DNA of 64,000 nt, taken from assembly GCA_963698325.1 (NCBI GenBank), contig CAVOQJ010000010.1, positions 318,245 through 382,244 of the forward strand, in the 5' to 3' direction. A model generated the notes under the pieces. It was given only the letters and a program-made list of their open reading frames with translations, did not search any database and had not been told where the DNA came from. Each line of letters opens with the position of its first letter. The first letter of the stretch is position 1. The translations under genes and the position numbers were made by a program. Positions 21,631 through 31,503 of this stretch are shown piece by piece. The DNA comes from Blastocatellia bacterium (GTDB lineage Bacteria; Acidobacteriota; Blastocatellia; Pyrinomonadales; Pyrinomonadaceae).

Positions 21631-22955
21631 CAGTACTGTCCCAACGTTAGTGGAACAGAATCAGTTGTTTGCAGAGATCGTCTAAGTCGGTTTGATCGTC
21701 TGCCAAAGAAAGGGCCTGTGAAATGGGGGTTTTCTCGAAAAGAGTGACGCTGCAGATCTGTAACATTCTGTAAAGACTGGCGTCCAGATGCAATTCCTTT
21801 TTCACTATGGCCACGAGCACATAAACCGAGATCGCGATCCAGATTTGAGTCCGCAAGGCGTTCTCGGAAGTGCCGTAGAAATTCTTGATGCGCAGGTGTT
21901 GCTTGATCCATTTGAAGAACAACTCGACCTGCCAACGGCTGCGATAAAGTTGGGCGATAGTCAGTGGTGGCAAGCTGAAGTTGTTGGTCAGAAAGACGAG
22001 TCGTTGATTCGATTGGGCGTCGAAATAACGAATGCGGCGCAGCTTTTCGGGATAGCCTTTGCGGGGAACGGGATTGACAAGTGTAATGATCTGATCGCAG
22101 ATCACTCCCGTAGCTCGGTCTACTGGCTGCGAGTAGAGTCGCTGGAAATCGAACCGCTTTCTGGCACGGGTGACAAAGAAGCCAGAAGCGAGGTGCAATT
22201 TGTACAAGCGCGCGAAATCGAGGTAACCGCGATCCATCACATAGAAAGCGCCGGCTTCGAAGCTGAGTTGATCTAGAATGTTGACCTCGTGAACCTTGCC
22301 ATGTGTAATGATCACCACAGTTGGGATGTTGCCACGCAGGTCGAGCAACGTGTGCAGTTTTACTGCTCCTTTGTGCTTGCGAAACTGGGCCCAGGGAAAA
22401 AGCGCCAGGCACAAATCGATGGTGGTGGCATCGAGCGCGTAAACAGTCTGGGCCAACTCGACGCCGAAGCTGTCGTTTGCGTAGAGCGCTCGAGCGCGGG
22501 TAATCAACACCTGCGCGAAGTCGGCGTAGATGCGCCAATTGCGTACCGAGTTCGCATGGGCCAACGTATTGCGCGAGACTTGGCCGCGAATGCCGAGATG
22601 GTACAGCTTGGTGTGTTGCGCGCGCAGGCAAGCTTCGATATCGCGCAGACTCTCGCGATAGGTTAGCTGCGCGAAGCTCATGCAAAGAAACTGATCCCAG
22701 CAAGAAAACGTCTTGAGTTTGTAATCGCCCTGGTAGCGTTTGACACAACGTCGAAAACTCTTGGAAGGAAGAAAGTCCATCAGTTGTGCAAAGATCGATT
22801 TGCCAGAATTCATCAGCCCTCCGCTGCCGCAAATGTCGCGCATGCAGCGGCTGGACTGGTTTTGATTTCAAATCGATCCCTCTGTGCATCGGGCTTAACC
22901 TTCTCACTTTCAATAACCTACAGACAATGGGCTAACAAACGTTGGGACAGTACTG
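21631..22955 (-). mobile_element. IS4-family insertion sequence (1325 bp) with 18-bp perfect TIRs and a 9-bp target duplication
   Basis: CAGTACTGTCCCAACGTT at 21631-21648 is the reverse complement of AACGTTGGGACAGTACTG at 22938-22955. ATGGAAAAT flanks both ends (21622-21630 and 22956-22964). Confidence 0.9.
21647..22843 (-). CDS. IS4-family DDE transposase (DUF4372-type N-terminus)
   Basis: 398 aa. The N-terminus SIFAQLMDFLPSKSFRRCVKRYQGDYKLKTFSCWDQFLCMSFAQLTYRESLRDIE is typical of this transposase group. Also YALDATTIDLC, FYVMDRGYLDF and YRSRWQVELFFKWIKQ. Confidence 0.9.
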   Translation of the reverse strand: MRDICGSGGLMNSGKSIFAQLMDFLPSKSFRRCVKRYQGDYKLKTFSCWDQFLCMSFAQLTYRESLRDIEACLRAQHTKLYHLGIRGQVSRNTLAHANSVRNWRIYADFAQVLITRARALYANDSFGVELAQTVYALDATTIDLCLALFPWAQFRKHKGAVKLHTLLDLRGNIPTVVIITHGKVHEVNILDQLSFEAGAFYVMDRGYLDFARLYKLHLASGFFVTRARKRFDFQRLYSQPVDRATGVICDQIITLVNPVPRKGYPEKLRRIRYFDAQSNQRLVFLTNNFSLPPLTIAQLYRSRWQVELFFKWIKQHLRIKNFYGTSENALRTQIWIAISVYVLVAIVKKELHLDASLYRMLQICSVTLFEKTPISQALSLADDQTDLDDLCKQLILFH

Positions 22956-23107
22956 ATGGAAAATGGAAAATCATTCTCTGCGCAGCGAATGGGTTCCACC
23001 ATATGGGTTCCACCATATTGACACAGAAAGTCACCTTAACTATCTTTTCAACTCAGAGCCGCGGAAGATAAGGAGTTCTGAATCCTTCCGCCTTCATCCT
23101 TAGCTGA

Positions 23108-23182
23108 GCGGGCGTAACTCAATGGTAGAGTGTCAGCTTCCCAAGCTGAAAGTTGCGAGTTCGAGCCTCGTCGCCCGCTCCA
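23108..23182 (+). tRNA. tRNA-Gly (anticodon CCC), CCA encoded
   Basis: Cloverleaf by hand: acceptor GCGGGCG/CGCCCGC, D arm ACTC-AATGGTA-GAGT, anticodon arm TCAGC-TTCCCAA-GCTGA, T arm GCGAG-TTCGAGC-CTCGT, then T-CCA. Confidence 0.9.
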
Positions 23183-23685
23183 CTTTTCAAACCGGAAAGA
23201 CCTTTTCTCACAAAGGCCAAAGCCACGAGGCCTCGAAAACGCTCCGGCTCCCACTCAGCCTGCGAAAGAATAGAATAAGTTCTGACTCAGGACTTTTTTG
23301 ACAGCGATTCTGTTATTTCACCCACCGTCCGAGGCGAAGGAGCTCACGACCTTCACTACTCAATATTGTTTTTTTGGGATCTTTTCCCGCACCCCCATCG
23401 CAATCGTCAAAAAGGCCAGGCATGGCGCGGCCGCAAAATGTACTTCGTTGTTAGAATGCAAGCTAGAAAGAACTCGCTCACACGGAAGCATATGGGGTAC
23501 CTGTCGCTTGAGACACTCTTGTTACGCAATCACTCATTCCCGTCCGCCTCGGCGTTTGCCCGACGGTTGAAACACGAGGGAGGCAGTTGTATGATGTTCT
23601 AAATCGTTTAAGTTGAAACCCGACCTCTTTGGTTTCGCAGGAACTTACCCGATGTTCCTCGGAGCCCCCAACAGTAAAGGAGGTA

Positions 23686-24102
23686 ATGATGCCAATAACG
23701 AGGGAGTTCTCCCTTAGCATGCAGGATCAGCCAGGCACGCTCGGAAGGATCTGCCAGGTGCTAGCTGATCGTGGAGTCAACATTCTGGCGTTCCAGTCGC
23801 TGCCCTTTGAGGGGAAGAGCCTGGTTCGCTTCGTAGTGGACAATCCAACAACCGCCAAGTCGGTTCTGGATACTCAGAAACTTCCGTACAAAGAGACGGA
23901 AGTTGTTCAAGCCAGTTTTCCAAACCGGCCAGGTGAGCTGGCCCGTGCGGCTTCACAACTCGGCGAAGCCAACATCAACATCGAGCACGCGTACTGCGGT
24001 ATCGACCCCGGCACGAACGCACCATTGTTGATCTTCGGCGTCGCGGAGGCTGGTCGCGCGGCTAAGATCCTGGACAAGACCGCCGCAGCCGCAGCGGCAT
24101 AG
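23686..24102 (+). CDS. ACT-domain protein (two ACT repeats)
   Basis: AAGGAGG lies 6 nt upstream of the ATGATG start. QDQPGTLGRICQVLADRGVNILAF and NRPGELARAASQLGEANINIEHAY are the two repeats. Confidence 0.75.
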   Translation: MMPITREFSLSMQDQPGTLGRICQVLADRGVNILAFQSLPFEGKSLVRFVVDNPTTAKSVLDTQKLPYKETEVVQASFPNRPGELARAASQLGEANINIEHAYCGIDPGTNAPLLIFGVAEAGRAAKILDKTAAAAAA

Positions 24103-24343
24103 AAACTTTTCCTCATTGAGATGTTAACAGTGGGCAGGGGACTGGCGTTGAGGCCGGTCTTTCTGCCCTTTTTTTTACTTCTCAAGGGACACTGTAATGA
24201 CTTACCTTAGCAATCCGATTGTGGGGACGATTAAGAGAAACTCACTTATTTAGCTCGATACAGGCGCCCTTCTTATGGGTTGGAACTCGTAGCAAATGTT
24301 GTTAGTTGTGGACACGGTGTAACAGGCGCATACTTTCAAAGAC

Positions 24344-24378
24344 GGGTTCGAGTCCCATCGCCCGCTCCACTTTTCAAA
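24344..24378 (+). repeat. 3' tRNA-Gly remnant / att-like direct repeat
   Basis: GGGTTCGAGTCCCATCGCCCGCTCCACTTTTCAAA. The last 21 nt (24358-24378) are identical to 23171-23191 at the 3' end of tRNA-Gly. No matching 5' acceptor strand lies upstream. Confidence 0.75.
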
Positions 24379-24381
24379 AGC

Positions 24382-25176
24382 ATGCCACCAGACCTGAACA
24401 AGACAATTCAAGGTCTTTGGATCGGACCTGAACTGTCCGTGATGGAACAGTTGTCGATTTCTTCGTTCCTCCAAAACGGTCATGAATATCATCTCTATAT
24501 CTACGACGACGTGAAGAACGTGCCCGCCCGGACCCTCCTCCGGGATGCTAATGAGATATTGCCCTCCTCGTGGATTTTTCAATACAAACGAGTTCCAAGT
24601 TACGCTGGCTTCTCCAATTACTTTCGCTACAAGTTGCTGCTGGAACAAGGCGGCTGGTGGGCCGATACCGATACTATCTGCCTGAGGCCATTTGATTTCG
24701 AAGAGGAGTACGTGTTCTCCAGCGAGATAAATTACAGAGGCCGCGAAGTCGTCAACAGTGGCGTAATCAAGGCAGCGGCTGGGAGCCGAGTAATGGCTTA
24801 CGCCTGGGGCGTTTGTCAGACTAAAAACCCGGCGCGTTTGGCTTGGGGAGAAACCGGTCCCAGACTCATGCATAAGGCAGTGAAGAAGTTTTCGTTGGAG
24901 AGATACAAAAAGACTCATCGCACCTTCTGTCCAATCAATTATGAAGAATGGCGCACACTGTTGCAGCCCGGTTTTGTGAACACATTTGCCGACGAGACCT
25001 ATGCGATTCATCTCTGGAACGAAATGTGGCGGGCCGCGGGTCAGGATAAGAACGCCCGATATCATGAGACCTGCCTTTACGAAAGACTCAAGCGAGACTA
25101 CTTACCCGACTCGCTGCAGTCGCAGTGCCGAGACGTTTTGAGTAGTGATATTATCTCGCCAGCAATGGAGATCTAA
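24382..25176 (+). CDS. Glycosyltransferase with DXD motif (Gly_transf_sug / OCH1-like)
   Basis: IQGLWIGPELSVMEQLSISSFLQNGHEYHLYIYD, FSNYFRYKLLLEQGGWWADTDTICLRPF. Confidence 0.7.
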   Translation: MPPDLNKTIQGLWIGPELSVMEQLSISSFLQNGHEYHLYIYDDVKNVPARTLLRDANEILPSSWIFQYKRVPSYAGFSNYFRYKLLLEQGGWWADTDTICLRPFDFEEEYVFSSEINYRGREVVNSGVIKAAAGSRVMAYAWGVCQTKNPARLAWGETGPRLMHKAVKKFSLERYKKTHRTFCPINYEEWRTLLQPGFVNTFADETYAIHLWNEMWRAAGQDKNARYHETCLYERLKRDYLPDSLQSQCRDVLSSDIISPAMEI

Positions 25177-25178
25177 TC

Positions 25179-25868
25179 ATGAAACCTGTTTTGCTCTTGC
25201 CGCTCATCCTCGCGCTGTTTCCGCAGGCACAGAATCCAGCTATATCCCACGAAGGCAATCCGGTAAGCGTTGTGAGTTCCAAGTGGTTCAAGGAGCGACG
25301 GTCAATCGCGCAAGATGCTGACGGTATCACACCGGCTGCGGCCATGATCCCGGCTAACAAAAACTACGAAAGGAATCGAAGAGCGAACATGTCGCCGGGA
25401 GAAAGAGATCCCAACCTCGATACCATCGACGGGCGTAGCGCCGCGCTCGAAAAAGCGGTGCAGGACTCACGTGCGCCAAAACCCATTGACGGTTTCGCCT
25501 ATCGAGCGAAAGTTCACAACGCCACTGCAAAACTTATCGAATTCATTTTCTGGGAGTATCAATTCAAAGACGCGCCGGATTCAACGACTATGACGCGGCG
25601 GCAGTTTCTCTGTGGCGTCTCGATCAAGTCGGAGAAAGACAAGGAACTACAGGCGTTCAGTTTGTCCGGCCCGCACGCCGTCGTCAGCGTGGACCCTCGG
25701 GCCGGTAAGTTCGCAACCCCCGGCGAAGAGAAGGTTGTAATCAATCGGGTGGAATTCGCGGACGGTACAATCTGGCAGCGGAAAGAATGGAGTTTCGGCG
25801 AGGTGCGACTAAGTTACGCGCGCGTGCTCGCAACACCCTGGGGAACGGAGATGTGCCGGGGCCTTTGA
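25179..25868 (+). CDS. Secreted hypothetical protein
   Basis: Signal peptide MKPVLLLPLILALFPQAQN. The start is 3 nt after the preceding stop. I recognise no family. Confidence 0.55.
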   Translation: MKPVLLLPLILALFPQAQNPAISHEGNPVSVVSSKWFKERRSIAQDADGITPAAAMIPANKNYERNRRANMSPGERDPNLDTIDGRSAALEKAVQDSRAPKPIDGFAYRAKVHNATAKLIEFIFWEYQFKDAPDSTTMTRRQFLCGVSIKSEKDKELQAFSLSGPHAVVSVDPRAGKFATPGEEKVVINRVEFADGTIWQRKEWSFGEVRLSYARVLATPWGTEMCRGL

Positions 25869-26006
25869 ACATTTCAGAACGTGTGAAGATTTTCAGTTCT
25901 GATCGAGCACGATTTTCTATATCTCATAATATCTCATTTGTCATTTTTCATTCGCGGATTCAACTTGGAAGTGCAACGCAGGCGGTTTGTGTTGCCGGTG
26001 CGCTGC

Positions 26007-27215
26007 TCATCTTTGTCGCTCCATATTTCGCTCCGGTTGAGGGGTAAACTCACCAAGCATGGCGCGCACCTGCTGCTCGCGACCAGCCCGCAGAATGGTG
26101 AGCGTTATTTCGGTGCCGGGGGCGGTACTCGCCACCTGGTTTCGGAAAACATTGGGATCGTTTACTTCGACGCCATTAAAGGACGTGATTACGTCGCCCT
26201 TCTTTAGCCCCGCTCGGTCAGCACCGCTGCCGGGCTGCACGTCGGCCACTACTATTCCTTTGCTTTCCTTAACGCCGAGTTCCTTTGCGGCATCGGAATT
26301 CATTCTTGCTACCGTGATGCCCAATTGCCCGCGGCGGACCTTGCCGGTCTTGACGAGCGTATCGGCGATAGTGCGCGCCATGTTTGAAGGAATCGCGAAG
26401 CCGATGCCGATACTGCCCCCGGAAGGCGACAGGATTTGCGAGTTGATCCCGATGAGTTCACTGTTTGTGCTGACGAGTGCACCACCGGAATTGCCCTGGT
26501 TGATAGGCGCGTCGGTTTGCAAAAAGTCTTCAAAGCTGCCGCTGCTTAAGCCTGTCTGACGACCCTTCGCGCTAATGATTCCCATAGTTACCGTTTGTCC
26601 AATGCCCAACGGATTGCCAATCGCAAGCACAACATCACCAACACGCACTTTATCCGAGTCACCTAAGGCGAGCACCGGCAGGCTGGTGGCGTCGATCTTC
26701 AGGACGGCTAAATCGCTGGGTGGATCGGAACCCACCACCTTGGCGTCGAGAGTACGGTTGTCGTTCAAATCTACTTTGATCTGCTCCGCGCCATCAATCA
26801 CGTGATGGTTAGTTAGAATGTAACCGTCGGTGCTGATAATGACGCCGGAGCCGAGACCCATTCTCCGTTGCTCGGGCATTTGCTGCGGTAGGCGGTCACC
26901 AAAGAACTGCCGAAACATCGGGTCGTTCATAAAGGGATACTGTTGCGGCGCACGCACCCGCATTTCTGAATGAATGGTAATCACTGCCGGCGAAACTCGA
27001 CTCACGACATCGGCATAAGATAGGACCGGCATCGTCGAACTGCTGGCGGGGCCGTTGTTGATTGGTGCGTTATTGACACCCGGATCTGAAGTTGACGCAA
27101 AGCGCACCGCCTGAGAGCTGCGGCGATTACAGGCTCCCAGAAAAGAGATCAATATTAGTAGACTCAAAAGGCCGCCCATCTGTCCCTTCGCCGTCAAGAA
27201 TTTTTTGCCGCTCAT
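26007..27215 (-). CDS. htrA: HtrA/DegP-family periplasmic serine endoprotease with PDZ domain
   Basis: GSGVIISTDGYILTNHHVIDGA, DLAVLKI, GNSGGALV, and a PDZ-like C-terminus GIVVADVQPGSGADRAGLKKGDVITSFNG. Confidence 0.92.
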   Translation of the reverse strand: MSGKKFLTAKGQMGGLLSLLILISFLGACNRRSSQAVRFASTSDPGVNNAPINNGPASSSTMPVLSYADVVSRVSPAVITIHSEMRVRAPQQYPFMNDPMFRQFFGDRLPQQMPEQRRMGLGSGVIISTDGYILTNHHVIDGAEQIKVDLNDNRTLDAKVVGSDPPSDLAVLKIDATSLPVLALGDSDKVRVGDVVLAIGNPLGIGQTVTMGIISAKGRQTGLSSGSFEDFLQTDAPINQGNSGGALVSTNSELIGINSQILSPSGGSIGIGFAIPSNMARTIADTLVKTGKVRRGQLGITVARMNSDAAKELGVKESKGIVVADVQPGSGADRAGLKKGDVITSFNGVEVNDPNVFRNQVASTAPGTEITLTILRAGREQQVRAMLGEFTPQPERNMERQR

Positions 27216-27320
27216 ATCCCCTCCTTATTCAAATATCCCCGCAGCCCACCGTACGCAGTGAACTCATCAGGTAAGGTCAATGCCTGCCAACTGCCTGGAA
27301 TTTTCGCACCTCGGATAACC

Positions 27321-27887
27321 TTACGCAGCATGCGGCACCATGTGAGATGCCGAACGCTCCAGGCCTCGCAACTTGATTCCAAAGACCAGCAGTAGAATGC
27401 CAAAGACTATCGAATACGCCCCGATCAGCCAGACCACCGCCAGTGCGCCACCGGCCGGATTGTAGAGCAGCAGCAACCCAAACAGCACTGACAGAATTCC
27501 ACTCAGGACAAGCATCCATTCGCCGGTAATGTACTTGCGCAACTGGATCGCCGCTGCGATTTCGAAAATTCCGGTCACAATCGCCCAGGCGGCGATCAGG
27601 ATCAGAAGGATCAAAGCCGTCATTGCCGGCACAAAGAACGCGAAGAGCCCGGCCGCAACGCTTAAGACGCCTTCTATAAGCAGCAACCACCAACGTTTAT
27701 ATTCGCCATGAGACTTAAAGCCGGCCACAATTGAAAAGACTCCATCAACCAGCGCGTACGCGCCAAAAAGAAAAATTAACACTGTTAGGGTTATGTGCGG
27801 CCACATGAAAGCCAGCCCACCGAAGAGAATGCCGGCAAGGCCGCGCAAGACCAACGCCCACCAACTACTTGTAAATACAACCAACAT
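27321..27887 (-). CDS. HdeD-family (DUF308) membrane protein
   Basis: SSWWALVLRGLAGILFGGLAFMWP, FGAYALVDGVFSIVAGF, WWLLLIEGVLSVAAG. AGGAGG precedes the ATG at 27887. Confidence 0.8.
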   Translation of the reverse strand: MLVVFTSSWWALVLRGLAGILFGGLAFMWPHITLTVLIFLFGAYALVDGVFSIVAGFKSHGEYKRWWLLLIEGVLSVAAGLFAFFVPAMTALILLILIAAWAIVTGIFEIAAAIQLRKYITGEWMLVLSGILSVLFGLLLLYNPAGGALAVVWLIGAYSIVFGILLLVFGIKLRGLERSASHMVPHAA

Positions 27888-27920
27888 TTCTCGTGCCTCC
27901 TTTTGATTTGAAGCCCCAAA

Positions 27921-28058
27921 GAGCGGGGGCAAGCCGCCCTTCCTAACCTGAGAAACTTTCTGACTTTATGTCAGAGTCAGACTGAGAGCCTCTCAACTCG
28001 CATATTCACTTTCATTGCACGGGCAGCTCGAGGTTGGGAAGGGAGCTTGCCCCCGCTC
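27921..28058. repeat. Hairpin element, family A, second copy
   Basis: GAGCGGGGGCAAGCCGCCCTTCCTAACCTG pairs with CGAGGTTGGGAAGGGAGCTTGCCCCCGCTC. Same core as 15652-15795. Confidence 0.8.
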
Positions 28059-28067
28059 CTGCAACCA

Positions 28068-28274
28068 TCAACGCTTGCTGCCTACAGCTTCCGCTCGCTC
28101 CGTTCTCTTAGTTGAAAACGTAAACACACCATCTCGCCAATCCACAATTACCGTGTCTCCATCATGGATCTCCCCGGCCAGCAAACGCCGCCCAATAGGT
28201 GTTTCCAGCTCCTTCTGAATTGCGCGCTTAAGCGGCCGCGCTCCGTAAACCGGGTCATAGCCCTCACACTCCAT
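28068..28274 (-). pseudogene. clpB: clpB 3'-terminal remnant (last ~65 codons only)
   Basis: [33 protein letters not shown] matches the ClpB D2-small domain end (E. coli [32 protein letters not shown]). The ORF opens right after a stop that abuts hairpin D. Confidence 0.8.
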
Positions 28275-28455
28275 AAATCAGTGAAGAGTGAAAGGTTAAG
28301 AGTGAAGTGGGAAGAGTGATGAGTGATGAGTGATGAGTTAAGACGACGCTTGATCTCATTGCCGCCTACGCTTTATGATCGCCGCCCCTTGTCTCTGATC
28401 ACTCATCACTCATCACTCATCGCTCTTATCTTTTCACTTTTCACTCTTCACCCTT
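28275..28455. repeat. Hairpin element, family D (GTGATGA/GTGAAGA words), ~62-nt arms
   Basis: AAATCAGTGAAGAGTGAAAGG...GTGATGAGTGATGAGTGATGAG pairs with CTCATCACTCATCACTCATCGC...CTTCACCCTTCACTGATTT. Confidence 0.85.
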
Positions 28456-28778
28456 CACTGATTTCGCCTCCGCATTTCCAGCAATTCACCATTTAGTCGC
28501 TCGATGCGTCTTACCAAATCGAGGATGATGGCCGCGCCGTTGAAATTGACACCGAGGTCACGTCGCAGTCGCTGCATACGTCGCAGTTGCACCACTGCAC
28601 GCCGGGGTAACAACGGTTCGCTTGTTTCAGTCTCGATTGTTTCTATCAGACCCTGGCGCGCGAGACGCAATACCAGCGAGCGCCGGGCGCCAATGGTTTC
28701 AGCGACAACGTCACACGTCACTGGATCGTCCATGTCAAAATCCGTTAGTCCCATAAATCTCCCGAGATTGCGTTTCAT
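28455..28778 (-). CDS. MerR-like chaperone modulator (CbpM/HspR-like)
   Basis: Lies directly downstream of the DnaJ-like gene. AVVQLRRMQRLRRDLGVNFNGAAIILDLVRRIERLNGELLEMRR resembles the CbpM C-terminal pattern. Start codon is uncertain (28871, 28778 or 28754). Confidence 0.6.
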   Translation of the reverse strand: MKRNLGRFMGLTDFDMDDPVTCDVVAETIGARRSLVLRLARQGLIETIETETSEPLLPRRAVVQLRRMQRLRRDLGVNFNGAAIILDLVRRIERLNGELLEMRRRNQ

Positions 28779-28909
28779 CCGACTCTGGGGGCTATGCTCC
28801 ATCGGGGGCGCAGCCCCGATGTTCCAGCAAACCTTGCCGGAAGGTCGCAGACTGTCGCAGACCTTCCGCACATCAGGCGGCGAAGCCGGAAGAGCTTCAG
28901 TGCGAAGGC

Positions 28910-29950
28910 TCAGTTAGACCTACTGGCTCGGGGATCGAACTTCGAGGCGCGCTTAAGCTCTTCATACAAGCGACGCTCTTCAGCACCGATCTCTTTAGGC
29001 GTCACGATTTTCAACCGCACGTATTCATCGCCGCGACCGCTGCCTCGCTTGTTAAGGCCCTGACCTCGCAGTCGAAGCCGTTGTCCGCTTTGCGCGCCTG
29101 CGGGAATGGTTAAGTCCACCTTACCGTCAATAGTCGGCACTTCGACTTTTGCGCCAAGGGCCCCCTCCCACGGCGCAATCGGCAGCTCAATCTCAAGGTC
29201 GTCACCGCGCACCTTGAAGACGGGGTGCGGGCGCAGGCGAATGCGAAGATAAAGATCGCCGGGCTGCGTACCGTTCATGCCTGCGCCGCCCTGTCCCGCC
29301 AGGCGCACTGTGGAACCATCGCGCACGCCGGCGGGGATATTTACTTCAATGGTTTTGGGTTTGAGGACCTGGCCCGAACCGCCGCAGGTTTGGCAGGTCT
29401 TATCTTGTACAACGCCAGCGCCATTGCAGGTGGGACAAATCTCAGCAACCTGCATTTGCAGCGTGCGCCGGCCGCCCCGATGAGCCTCCTCAAGAGACAA
29501 CTCCAACTGGGCCTCAACATCTTCACCGCGCTCCCTTCGTCGCCCCCGGCCCGCGCGTCCTGCCGCGCGGCCGAACATTTCCTCGAAGATGTCAAAGCCG
29601 CCACGTCCCGTGCCGGTGCCGAAATCAAAACCACTGAAGTCGAAGCCACCGCCTTGTGGTTCACCGGCGGTGCGAGCCCCTTCCCAGCCAGGTGGCGGCG
29701 CGCCCCCTCCTTGTTTCACTGCCCGCCAGTTCTCACCATACTTGTCAAAGAGCTTGCGGTTTTCCGGATCGGAAAGCGTGTCGTGGGCTTCCTGCAACTC
29801 CTTGAAGCGCTCTTCCGCGTTCTTGTCGCCCGGGTTCAAATCGGGATGAAACTTGCGAGCGAGTTTGCGGTAAGCCGTTTTGATTTCATCCGCGGATGCA
29901 CTGCGATTGACGCCGAGCACCTCGTAGTAATCTTTCGTCTTGACTGCCAT
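28910..29950 (-). CDS. DnaJ/CbpA-class J-domain co-chaperone with only two CxxCxGxG motifs
   Basis: KDYYEVLGV...[19 protein letters not shown] (HPD), a G/F-rich linker, and CPTCNGAG...CQTCGGSG. Confidence 0.88.
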   Translation of the reverse strand: MAVKTKDYYEVLGVNRSASADEIKTAYRKLARKFHPDLNPGDKNAEERFKELQEAHDTLSDPENRKLFDKYGENWRAVKQGGGAPPPGWEGARTAGEPQGGGFDFSGFDFGTGTGRGGFDIFEEMFGRAAGRAGRGRRRERGEDVEAQLELSLEEAHRGGRRTLQMQVAEICPTCNGAGVVQDKTCQTCGGSGQVLKPKTIEVNIPAGVRDGSTVRLAGQGGAGMNGTQPGDLYLRIRLRPHPVFKVRGDDLEIELPIAPWEGALGAKVEVPTIDGKVDLTIPAGAQSGQRLRLRGQGLNKRGSGRGDEYVRLKIVTPKEIGAEERRLYEELKRASKFDPRASRSN

Positions 29951-30042
29951 AAGAGTGAGCAGTGAGCGGTGAGCAGTAAGCAGTAAGAGCACGACCTGCT
30001 TATCTCGATAACTTCTAAGGCCAAAGTTTGCCGATACGCTAC

Positions 30043-30609
30043 CTACCGTGGCATTTCACTTTCAACCTGCAATTCGCTCTTCACATCGAAAAGCCCCGGC
30101 ACACCGCGCGCTCTGATGTAAGCCAGGTTGGCATCGGCCCGTGATGCAACTATTCCCTTGAGCGTTGCGCGTCCACGATCGACAATGATGTGAATCGGCG
30201 GTACCGCCTGAGTCGCGTAACGAAACAGTGGTGAATTCCAGCCGTATATCGTTCGATATAACGCGACTCGGAGCCGATCGTCGTGCGGGGAAAGCGGCAA
30301 GGTCTGAATTTCGTTTACCACCTTCGACACGCCATCGATCGACTTCACGCGCGCTTCCGCTTCCGACTTCGTCGATGGACGCACGACTTGCCCGCGCAGC
30401 ACGACTGTGTTGTCGGGCTGAACCTGAAATTCGAGCCAATCGAACACGCCGTAATAAGGCAGCGTCACCAACTCGTGTCGCACTTCCCTGGTGATATGCG
30501 CGGTGGTAGCCTGTGGCGTCGCCCTCCCAAACGCATTATTAAAAACTGTTGAAGCGAATATCGGCACCGTCAAAAGCATGACGAAGCCCCGGAGCTTTCT
30601 TTTCCACAT
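30043..30609 (-). CDS. BON-domain (OsmY-like) periplasmic protein
   Basis: Signal-like N-terminus [20 protein letters not shown] after AGGAGG. Two BON-like units ([33 protein letters not shown]; [33 protein letters not shown]). Confidence 0.75.
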   Translation of the reverse strand: MWKRKLRGFVMLLTVPIFASTVFNNAFGRATPQATTAHITREVRHELVTLPYYGVFDWLEFQVQPDNTVVLRGQVVRPSTKSEAEARVKSIDGVSKVVNEIQTLPLSPHDDRLRVALYRTIYGWNSPLFRYATQAVPPIHIIVDRGRATLKGIVASRADANLAYIRARGVPGLFDVKSELQVESEMPR

Positions 30610-31122
30610 CAGGTGAATTTCCTCCTTTGTTTCAACAAACGGTTGGTCTATTTGAACGAGGAACAAGCAATTGGTCTCTGCGCCACCGGTGTCTCAAACA
30701 CCGTTGTTATTTGCGGCGTTGATCAGGGTTAACTAGATGCAACGTTTAACTGGTAGATAAGATTGGTGCACCCTGCATGCCACGGGGCTGTGCCGCCGGT
30801 TTCGCGATCCTTTGCTACTAGTTTGGTTTTAATTCAGGGATTGAGCCGAGAAAAGGCGCGGGAATTCGATGGACCAGAGGTCCGATTGGGCCAAATCGCC
30901 AGGCCTCCCAATTGCGGGCTAACTACATGCCCAACGTGAGGAGGAAAAGAGCCGACGAAGTGTATGAATATGATAGTGAATTCCTGAAATCCGAGCTAAT
31001 AGAGTACACGTCTAGTCTCGGATCGTAGGTAAAGTGTGTCTTCCGGACTTCCTATTTTTCGTGCTAAAAGTGTTCCAGAGCTGTCCGGTTTGGACGGAGT
31101 GAAAGTGAAAAGGAGGGGAGAG

Positions 31123-31503
31123 ATGAACGAAGTAATCGAACGCAAAGAATGGGATGACTTTATTAACGAGTTCAACCGCCGCAACGAGTTGCGACCGACG
31201 CGGCTCGAGGTCGTGAGCGGAGAAATAGGAGCGCAAGAGGAAGAAGAGCTGCTGCCGCTCACTGGCATCAGCCTGGAAACCAAGGGGGACGACGCGCCCC
31301 GAATTGAAATCGCCCTTGGTGGAGAGACGGCCAAAGAGGAACGTCATATGACCCACATGATCGGACGTGTTCGCAGCATCATGATTAAGATGGGTGCAGA
31401 CCTGCGCGAAGAGGCGCTGTTGATCGAAGACGAAGAAGGGACGAAAACAATTCTACATTTCGAGACTCTGCCGGAATTGGAGCCGGCGGTCCAGGGGGTG
31501 TAA
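31123..31503 (+). CDS. Hypothetical acidic protein (DUF5335-like by recollection)
   Basis: AAGGAGGGGAGAG lies upstream of the ATG. 126 aa: MNEVIERKEWDDFINEFNRRN... Confidence 0.5.
   Translation: MNEVIERKEWDDFINEFNRRNELRPTRLEVVSGEIGAQEEEELLPLTGISLETKGDDAPRIEIALGGETAKEERHMTHMIGRVRSIMIKMGADLREEALLIEDEEGTKTILHFETLPELEPAVQGV

Noticed and set aside
21630-22913. 427-aa ORF in a second frame across the IS element.
   Set aside because: The 398-aa frame (21647..22843) carries the recognisable IS4-type transposase motifs. The 427-aa frame is Arg/Ser/Pro-rich with no recognisable motifs.
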